From positions 139,282 to 203,281 of the forward strand of contig DAOOOX010000002.1 of assembly GCA_035387945.1 (NCBI GenBank): DNA of 64,000 nucleotides, written 5' to 3'. The stretch comes from Verrucomicrobiia bacterium. GTDB lineage: Bacteria; Verrucomicrobiota; Verrucomicrobiia; JADLBR01. This document shows, one piece after another, positions 9,946-17,512 of this stretch. The notes beneath the pieces are model-generated. The model was not told where the DNA came from. It saw only the letters and a program-made list of their open reading frames with translations, and made no database searches. A program made the position numbers and the translations under genes. Position 1 is the first letter of the stretch, and each line of letters begins with the position of its first letter.

Positions 9946-12900
9946 ATGAGCCCGATGGCAGATCAAAACGTGAAAACGACCGCCGCTGGGCCGTCGCCTC
10001 GCCGGAATCCGTCCGCGACCGCGACCCGGCCCGGCGCGGGCATCCTCACCCGCCGTCTCCTCCTGCTCGCCATCGCACTGACCGCAGCGCCCCTGGTCCA
10101 TGCGAGTGAGATGGACGCGTTCACCATCCGGGCAACCGACTTCGACGAAGGCAACGTCCGGATCAGCCTCGCGGGCGAGGCGTATGCCGACGGGCACCCC
10201 TGCATCTGGCACGGCAGCGGCTCGCCAGATCAGGCGGGGTATGTGATCGAGTTTCCCGTCACCGGTGACTACACCCTGTCTGCCTTGTATGCGGCAGCTA
10301 AGTCGCGACCCGTCGAGATCAGTATCGACGGAAGACCAGTTCATACCGGGCTCACGGACGTGACCGGCAGCTGGCAGACGAAGTCGGCAAAGTGGGAAAA
10401 GCAATGCACGTTGCGCATCGAACGTGGCACGCACACGATCACCCTTCAACGCGAAGGCCCACTGCCGCACATCTGCGCTTTGCGGATTGAACCGCCCGCC
10501 CCACTCCCCGCGGGAACGACTCTCGGGCGCCTCAGTCCAGAGGAACGCGCCGAGCGGGCGCGCATCGCCGAGCATCGGGCGGAGATCCAAGCGAAAGTTG
10601 CGGCGCTCAAAAGCATCAACATCCAAGCCGTACGCCTAGCCATCGAAGACATGGAACGGAGTTTTCCGGGACGGTACGACGGGGTGAAACATCGGCGAGC
10701 GTTGGCCGAGTTTGCGCGCATCCACGAATCGCTCGCAGAGGCGCTCGATAAGGGCGAACTGCCTGAAACCGCACCACCGGTCGAAGAATTGCTCGCCGGG
10801 ATACGGACCGCCCTGCTGGAAAATCCCCTGCTCGATTTCGACAGATTGTTGGTGATGCGACGTCGCCCGAGGGACAGCAACGGCTTTGTCCCCGCCAACT
10901 ACCTGTCGCACGCCAGCATAACAGGCCGAACCGGATGGGATAATGAGATCGCGGTGCTCGCTGATCTGCGCGGAAAGGCCACGCTGCAGACTCTCCATCG
11001 GCCGAAGGAGACGCGCATCCTGCGCGACGTGCGCCTAGATTTCGATGCGAATAGGGTCTTGTTCTCCAGCATTGACGATAGGGGCCGATGGGCCGTCTAC
11101 GAAATCCCATCCACCGGCGGCGAACCTCACCAGATCACGCATTCAACGTTCCCGGATGTGGATTTCTTCGACGCCTGTTATCTGCCCGACGGACGGATCA
11201 TCGTGGCCTCGACAGCGAATTATCACGGCGTCCCCTGTCTCGGCGGGCAGCAGCCGGTGGCGACACTCTATCTTTTGGAGCCCGCGGCAGGAAAACTCCG
11301 GCAGCTCACATTCGACCAGGATCACAGTAATGATCCTGCCGTTCTCAACGACGGGCGCGTGCTCTACCAGCGCTGGGAGTACAGTGACATCCCTCACTAC
11401 TTCGCGCGCCGACGAATGACGATGAACCCAGACGGCACCGGGCAACTTGCGTTGCACGGCAGCGGCTCGTGGTTCCCAACGGCGTTCCGCTTTGCCCGAC
11501 CGGTTCCGGATCATCCGACGATGCTGGTCGGGATCATCAGCGGACACCATGATTACGGCGACTGTGGCCGCCTCGCTTTGCTCGACCCGGGACTGGCCGG
11601 CGGCTATCCGTTCCGTTACCGGCCAGCGTCGAAAGAGTGGGGCGTCGAAGGCCAGCACGTCGCCCTCACCCCGGATATCCTGCCCGCAGAAAAGACCGGG
11701 TTCTTGCAGCTGGCGCCGGGCCGCGGCAAACCGGTGGCCGGCACCGTCTGCGACAACATCGTCAGGGGCGTCTATCTCAAGGAGCGGCCGGAGTTGATGA
11801 CGCACCCGCATCCGCTGAGCGGCAAATACTTCCTCGTCGCGATGAAGCCGACGCCCCGGAGCCTCTGGGGCATCTATCTGGTGGACGCTTTCGACAACAT
11901 GACGCTGGTCGTCGAGGAAGAGGGAGCGGCGCTATTCGAGCCGGTCCCGTTGCAGCCAAGAAAACGCCCCCACGTGATCCCCGACAGGGTCGACCTTGGC
12001 AAGAGGACCGCCACGGTGCATATCGGCAATATCTATGCCGGTCCCGGGCTGAAGGGCATACCGGATGGCACGGTCAAGTCGCTGCGCGTTTTCTCCTACC
12101 ATTTCGGGTACCTGGGCAAGGCGAGCTTCGAGATAATTGGCACGCAGGCCGGCTGGGATGTGAAACGCGTCCTCGGCACCGCCAGGGTGGAATCGGACGG
12201 CTCGTCTTTGTTCGTCGTCCCGGCGAACACCCCCATTTCGATCCAACCGCTCGACGGCGAAGGCCGCGCGGTACAACTGATGCGGAGCTGGCTTGTCGGC
12301 ATGCCGGGCGAACGGGTCTCCTGCACCGGTTGCCATGAGAACCGCGCCGAGACGTTGTCGGTCAGACGCACCTTGGCCGACCAGCGCTTGCCGGAACCAT
12401 TGGCGCCGTGGTTCGGGCCGCCGCGACCGTTTGACTTCGCCAACGAGGTGTATCCGGTCCTTCAAAAGCACTGCGGTGGCTGCCACGAAGACAGACCAGC
12501 GGTTGGCCCTCGCGCCAAACCGTCGTTCAGCCAACCTGACGTTGCCTACGACACGCTGCACCCGTACGTCCACCGCCCGGGGCCAGAAGCCGACATGGCA
12601 CCTCTCAACCCCATGGAGTATCACGCCTCCAGCAGCCGACTGATCCAGATGCTTGAGAAGGGACACCACGGTGTCCGGCTCGATAACCTCCCTCGCGAGT
12701 CCCGCGAACGCCTCTACTGCTGGATCGACCTCAACGTGCCCCGGCGCGGTTCGTATGAGCTGCCCGCCGACAAACAGCACATCGCCCAGCGCCGACGCGA
12801 ATTGAACAAGGTGCTGGCGGAGATCGAGCCCGACCCCGAGCAAGAGGCGCGGCAGTTGGCCGAAGCCAGGAAAAATGCACCGCCGGTTGTTTTCGAACCG

Positions 12901-13839
12901 CCCGCGAGACCCGCCGACGAACCACCCGACGTGCTCCAGGTGGATGGCTTTCCCCTCGACGCGGCGGCCGCTGCCGAACGCCTGCGCGGGGCGCCAGGCG
13001 GCGGCATCAAGACGATGGAGTTTGGCCGGGGAGTGCGGCTGGTGCTGCGCTGGATCCCCTCTGGCGAATTTGTCATGGGCAGCCGCGACGGGGCGCGGGA
13101 CGAACGTCCTCGCGCAACGGTCAAGGTCGCACAGCCGTTCTGGATGGCGGAAGCCGAGATCAGCAATGCCCAGTACGCGCTCTTCGATCCCGAGCACGAC
13201 ACGCGCTACATCGACATGCACCACATGGATCGGGTGACCCCCGGCTACATCGCCAATCATCCCGACCAGCCGGTCGCGCGTGTCTCCTGGCAGCAGGCGA
13301 TGGCTTTCTGCGAATGGCTCGGCCTCAAGATCGGCCTGCGGGTGACCCTGCCCACCGAAGCCCAATGGGAATGGGCCGCGCGCGGTGGCACCGACACGCA
13401 ATTCTTCTACGGCACCATGGACACGGATTTCGGACGTTTTGCGAATCTGGCCGATCAGTCGTTGCGCTGGTTCAAGATGGGCTATCCAGGCCCCGGGAAC
13501 CTGCAGCCGCGCCTCCCCTATCCATCGGACAACAACTTCCCGTTGCGTGACGAACGCTTCCGCGACAAGTACCATGTGGTGGACTACGTCGGCCAGACCG
13601 AACCGAATCCGTGGGGCTTGAACGATATGATTGGCAACGTCAGCGAATGGACCCGCTCCAGCTATCGCCCGTATCCGTATGCCGATGACACGCGCAACGA
13701 TGAGAACCCTGGCGAGCGCAAAGTCGCCCGTGGCGGTTCCTGGGCCAACCGGCCCGCTGATGCGGGCTCATCGGTGCGTCGCGCCTACGAATCGTGGCAG
13801 AAAGTGTACGATGTCGGCTTCCGGGTGATCGTTGAATAG
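9946..13839 (+). CDS. Secreted di-heme-c beta-propeller protein (paralog B) with an N-terminal CBM6/35-like domain and a C-terminal FGE-sulfatase-like (DUF323) domain
   Basis: ATG 9946 (verified) lies 4 nt after the paralog A stop. Signal peptide RRLLLLAIALTAAPLVHA. CBM-like beta-sandwich (GYVIEFPVTGDYTLSALYAAAKSRPVEISIDG). Propeller repeats (VYEIPSTGGEPHQITH; YQRWEYSD). CXXCH x2 (CTGCHENR, CGGCHEDR). CWIDLN motif. C-terminal about 290 aa have an FGE-like fold (RWIPSGEFVMGS...ARGGSW...GFRV) but no cysteine pair. Confidence 0.6.
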   Translation: MSPMADQNVKTTAAGPSPRRNPSATATRPGAGILTRRLLLLAIALTAAPLVHASEMDAFTIRATDFDEGNVRISLAGEAYADGHPCIWHGSGSPDQAGYVIEFPVTGDYTLSALYAAAKSRPVEISIDGRPVHTGLTDVTGSWQTKSAKWEKQCTLRIERGTHTITLQREGPLPHICALRIEPPAPLPAGTTLGRLSPEERAERARIAEHRAEIQAKVAALKSINIQAVRLAIEDMERSFPGRYDGVKHRRALAEFARIHESLAEALDKGELPETAPPVEELLAGIRTALLENPLLDFDRLLVMRRRPRDSNGFVPANYLSHASITGRTGWDNEIAVLADLRGKATLQTLHRPKETRILRDVRLDFDANRVLFSSIDDRGRWAVYEIPSTGGEPHQITHSTFPDVDFFDACYLPDGRIIVASTANYHGVPCLGGQQPVATLYLLEPAAGKLRQLTFDQDHSNDPAVLNDGRVLYQRWEYSDIPHYFARRRMTMNPDGTGQLALHGSGSWFPTAFRFARPVPDHPTMLVGIISGHHDYGDCGRLALLDPGLAGGYPFRYRPASKEWGVEGQHVALTPDILPAEKTGFLQLAPGRGKPVAGTVCDNIVRGVYLKERPELMTHPHPLSGKYFLVAMKPTPRSLWGIYLVDAFDNMTLVVEEEGAALFEPVPLQPRKRPHVIPDRVDLGKRTATVHIGNIYAGPGLKGIPDGTVKSLRVFSYHFGYLGKASFEIIGTQAGWDVKRVLGTARVESDGSSLFVVPANTPISIQPLDGEGRAVQLMRSWLVGMPGERVSCTGCHENRAETLSVRRTLADQRLPEPLAPWFGPPRPFDFANEVYPVLQKHCGGCHEDRPAVGPRAKPSFSQPDVAYDTLHPYVHRPGPEADMAPLNPMEYHASSSRLIQMLEKGHHGVRLDNLPRESRERLYCWIDLNVPRRGSYELPADKQHIAQRRRELNKVLAEIEPDPEQEARQLAEARKNAPPVVFEPPARPADEPPDVLQVDGFPLDAAAAAERLRGAPGGGIKTMEFGRGVRLVLRWIPSGEFVMGSRDGARDERPRATVKVAQPFWMAEAEISNAQYALFDPEHDTRYIDMHHMDRVTPGYIANHPDQPVARVSWQQAMAFCEWLGLKIGLRVTLPTEAQWEWAARGGTDTQFFYGTMDTDFGRFANLADQSLRWFKMGYPGPGNLQPRLPYPSDNNFPLRDERFRDKYHVVDYVGQTEPNPWGLNDMIGNVSEWTRSSYRPYPYADDTRNDENPGERKVARGGSWANRPADAGSSVRRAYESWQKVYDVGFRVIVE

Positions 13840-13851
13840 GATTCTTGCGCC

Positions 13852-16800
13852 GTGAAAACGATTCGAACGAATGGGAAACGGTTGGCACACGCAGGTCTAT
13901 GCTGTCTCGTTCTCGCGTCCTTGGCCCCGGGCGTCGGCGGCATGGCCGTGCCCCCCGCCCCTGCCGATGCCGATCAATCGCTCCTCGCCCACTGGACCTT
14001 CAACGAACCCATGGGCGAAACCTGCCGCGACGTGACCGGCCACGGATGCGACGCGGCGTTGCAGGGCACGCCATCGGGCGCAGAGCGAACGACCGGCATC
14101 TCCGATGGTGCACTGGCCTTCAAGGGAAACCATCGCCTGCTATGCGGTCAGAAACCCGCGTTCGGTCCGCTGCCCCAGATCTCCCTCTCGGCATGGGTCC
14201 AGCCAAACGCCTTCGACCGCTACAATGAGATCTTCCGCAAGGAGGATGGCAACAACCGCGTCCTCTTCTCCTTCCAAGAGGATGGCAAGGTCCTCGCCCT
14301 GGGCCTCAATATCGGCGGCTACGTCGAGTGCGATGCCAAGCTAGATCCAAAGCAGGTCCTCGATGGCGCGTGGCACCACTGCGCTGCCACGTTCGACGGC
14401 CAAGTCATGCGCGTCTACCTCGACGGAGTCCAGATTGGCGTCCTCCAACGGCCCGGCACGATCACCGCCGGCGGTCCCGCGCCAGCCGCCATCGGTTCCG
14501 CCAACGGACACGAGTGCTTCCAGGGCGCGATGGATGACCTCCGCATATACGCCACCGCACTCACCCACACCGAAGTTGCCACCCTCCACGCAATCGGCGT
14601 CGAGGCTATCGCCCGATCGAACGCCACCGCCACGAAAACTCTCGAGGCGCTCCTCTCTCCCCGCAACTCGTTCGCCGAAACACTGGCGGCATCGCGCCGC
14701 AACCTCATCGAAAAACAGCTGTCCCTCGACGCCGCCGTCGCCCGCGCCTTCCTCGCCCGACTGCAGGCCCAGTTCCCCGAAGACTGCCGCCAGTTCCGCC
14801 TCTGGACGGGCGCTGATCCCATCGCCTACCTCCGCGCCAAAGGCAACGATTTCCACCTCGCCATCACCGGGCGCCTCATCGGCATGCTCGTCGAATACCG
14901 TCCCTTGACCCAGGCCCAGTGGTCCAGACAGACCGAACAGGACCGGACCCGTTGGCGCGATGCCGACGTGCTCGAAGAGCGATTGGCCGCGCTAAAGGCA
15001 CGCGGCGATGAGATCCAGTTCTCGCCCGAATGGATCGCGCTGATGCAGGAAATCGCATCCCGTATCCAGTGGCGACCCTACGAGTACGAACCCGTCGCAC
15101 CGTTCATCCCACCCTCAACTCCCGAAACGCGAGATCTCACAGCCGACGAAGGCCGCGATGCGCTGGAACGCGACTGGCTCCATCAGGCCAACAACAGGCC
15201 CACTCGCGAGCACGTCGCCAACGAGATCGGCTGGGCCAAAGAGCTGGCCGCGCGCCTCCACAATGTCGATCTCTCGGCGGAACTCGCCTCGTTGTCGAGA
15301 ATCGAGGAAAGGGCGCAGGCCGCCAGCGCGGACATCGCCTCCCTCTATCTGCAGACCCGCACCGTCAAACGCAGCATCATGCTCAAGAATCCTGCGGTGA
15401 ATTTCCGGCGCGTCGTGTTTGTCGATATGCCCCTCCCCAATGGCAAGGAATGGAAACACGAGACCCGACACCGCCTCGGCTACATGGCCGTGCCCGGAGC
15501 ACGACTCCTCGTCCTCGATGGCCTCCGCCCCGACGGCAAGATCGCCCGCCTCATGCCCCGGCCGCCCCTCCACGGCTCTTTCTGGCGGCCCGATGTCTCC
15601 TTCGACGGGCGCAAGATCCTCTTCTGCTTCAAACCCCATAACGAAAAATCATTCCACCTCTACGAGATCGGCGCCGACGGCACCGGACTGCGGCAACTCA
15701 CCGATGGGCCATTCGACGACCTCGACCCCATCTATCTCCCCGACGGCCACATCCTGTTCTCCACAACCCGCGGCCACACCTATGTCCGCTGCATGCCACC
15801 CACCAGCTCCTTCGTCCTCGCCCGCTGCAACGCCGACGGCCGAAATATCTACCTCGTCTCCGCAAACAACGAGCCGGATTACCTGCCGTCGGTCATGGAT
15901 GATGGCCGCGTCGTTTACACGCGGTGGGAATACACCGACAAGCCGCTCTGGCGCGCCCAGAAACTCTGGACGATCAACCCGGACGGCACGCAGGTGCAGA
16001 TGCTCTGGGGCAACCAGAGCGTGTGGCCCGATGTCATGAAGGATGCCCGCTTGATCCCAGGAACCCGCCGCGTGATGTTCACCGGCTGCGGTCACCACGA
16101 CTGGTTTGCCGGCTCGGTCGGAATCGTGGATCCCGATCGCGGGCGAGACTTTCCCGAAGGCCTGACCAAGGTCACCGGGGAAATCCCGTGGCCAGAATGC
16201 GGCAACGGACCCACGGACCCGATCGAGTCGCCCCGCTACCACCCCCACGGCAAGTTCACCGCATATTACTCCCCCTATCCCCTGAACGAACATGACTTCC
16301 TCGTCTCTGCCACCCGAGGGGACAAGTTTGCCCTCTATCTCATGGACGTCGACGGCAACCGCGAACTGATCTACGAGGGAACCCATAACGTATTCCACGC
16401 CATCCCCGTGCGCCCACGGCCGCAGCCCCCGATCATCGTCGATCGCGTCGCGTGGCCGAAGGTCGAAACAGGCTCCCGCGCCAAGGACGGAGTCATTTTC
16501 AGCAACAATGTGTACGATGGCGCCCCCAGGGAACTGCGCGGTAAGGCGAAGTACCTGCGCGTCCTGCACATCGATCCGAAAACATACACCTATTGGTACA
16601 AACGGCCCTACATCTCCACCGGTCCGGTCGTCTCCGGCGTGCAGTCCGAGGGCGTCAAGCGCATCCTCGGCACGGTGCCTATAGAACAAGATGGCTCCGT
16701 CTCATTCCACGTGCCGCCCGGCAAGGCGCTGCACTTCCAGCTTCTCGATGAGAACTTCCGAGCGCTCCAGACGATGCGCAGTTTCGTGGGCGTCATGCCG

Positions 16801-17493
16801 GGCGAATATCGCGGCTGCCTGGGCTGCCACGAGTCACACAGCCGCGCGCCGACCGTCGCCGCCCCCGCCCGCGCGCTGGTGCAATCACCGCGCAACATTA
16901 CGCCCCCGCCCTGGCCCGACGCCACGGTCAGCTATCCCCGATACGTTCGACCCGTTCTGGACAGATACTGCGCCAAGTGCCACGCGGGCGACGGCGAGGG
17001 CCGAAAAACGCTCGACTTGACCGCCAGGCCCGGCTTCCTCGATTTCGACGAGGTCTACTGGCTCCTGATCGGCAAGCCCACGTGGGGCAAAGCCTACGAG
17101 CTGCCCAAGGACTGCCCACCCGGTTTCGGCATCGCCGACACCTTCCTCGTCGAGGGCTATGACAAGGTCGATCCCGTCGCCTACCGCACGCCTCCCCCCA
17201 TGACCCGTCTCTCATACCGCAGCCGATTGATCGATATCGCCTCCAGCGGCAAACACCACGACGTGCGCGTGGACGAAATCAGCCTGCAGCGGCTCATCTG
17301 CTGGGTGGACACGATGTGCCCCTACCGCGGCGACGAAGAAGTCCGCCAGGAACCCGATCCAATCTTTCAGGGCGTCGATTGGCTCGCCGTCCGCCCGCGC
17401 ATCCAAACGGCCCCCATCGTCGATCGCTTTCACATCTCGTCCTACGGGGATTACAATTTCACATCGGCGAGCTCCGTCAAAGAGTCCCCATGA
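13852..17493 (+). CDS. Secreted di-heme-c beta-propeller protein (paralog C) with an N-terminal LamG-like lectin domain
   Basis: Signal peptide LCCLVLASLAPGVGG. LamG/ConA-like domain (LAFKGNHRLL...LSAWVQPNAF...MRVYLDGVQIG...DDLRIYATAL). Propeller repeats (FHLYEIGADGTGLRQLTDG; YTRWEYTDKP). CXXCH x2 (CLGCHESH, CAKCHAGD). CWVDT motif. Confidence 0.6.
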   Translation: MKTIRTNGKRLAHAGLCCLVLASLAPGVGGMAVPPAPADADQSLLAHWTFNEPMGETCRDVTGHGCDAALQGTPSGAERTTGISDGALAFKGNHRLLCGQKPAFGPLPQISLSAWVQPNAFDRYNEIFRKEDGNNRVLFSFQEDGKVLALGLNIGGYVECDAKLDPKQVLDGAWHHCAATFDGQVMRVYLDGVQIGVLQRPGTITAGGPAPAAIGSANGHECFQGAMDDLRIYATALTHTEVATLHAIGVEAIARSNATATKTLEALLSPRNSFAETLAASRRNLIEKQLSLDAAVARAFLARLQAQFPEDCRQFRLWTGADPIAYLRAKGNDFHLAITGRLIGMLVEYRPLTQAQWSRQTEQDRTRWRDADVLEERLAALKARGDEIQFSPEWIALMQEIASRIQWRPYEYEPVAPFIPPSTPETRDLTADEGRDALERDWLHQANNRPTREHVANEIGWAKELAARLHNVDLSAELASLSRIEERAQAASADIASLYLQTRTVKRSIMLKNPAVNFRRVVFVDMPLPNGKEWKHETRHRLGYMAVPGARLLVLDGLRPDGKIARLMPRPPLHGSFWRPDVSFDGRKILFCFKPHNEKSFHLYEIGADGTGLRQLTDGPFDDLDPIYLPDGHILFSTTRGHTYVRCMPPTSSFVLARCNADGRNIYLVSANNEPDYLPSVMDDGRVVYTRWEYTDKPLWRAQKLWTINPDGTQVQMLWGNQSVWPDVMKDARLIPGTRRVMFTGCGHHDWFAGSVGIVDPDRGRDFPEGLTKVTGEIPWPECGNGPTDPIESPRYHPHGKFTAYYSPYPLNEHDFLVSATRGDKFALYLMDVDGNRELIYEGTHNVFHAIPVRPRPQPPIIVDRVAWPKVETGSRAKDGVIFSNNVYDGAPRELRGKAKYLRVLHIDPKTYTYWYKRPYISTGPVVSGVQSEGVKRILGTVPIEQDGSVSFHVPPGKALHFQLLDENFRALQTMRSFVGVMPGEYRGCLGCHESHSRAPTVAAPARALVQSPRNITPPPWPDATVSYPRYVRPVLDRYCAKCHAGDGEGRKTLDLTARPGFLDFDEVYWLLIGKPTWGKAYELPKDCPPGFGIADTFLVEGYDKVDPVAYRTPPPMTRLSYRSRLIDIASSGKHHDVRVDEISLQRLICWVDTMCPYRGDEEVRQEPDPIFQGVDWLAVRPRIQTAPIVDRFHISSYGDYNFTSASSVKESP

Positions 17494-17512
17494 ACAAGCG
17501 CCATATCGCCCT

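Noticed and set aside
12990-13839. Calling the C-terminal domain of paralog B a bona fide formylglycine-generating enzyme that matures the adjacent sulfatase.
   Set aside because: The two catalytic or copper-binding cysteines near the C-terminus of true FGEs are absent. Only the general FGE-sulfatase (DUF323) fold signature is present.
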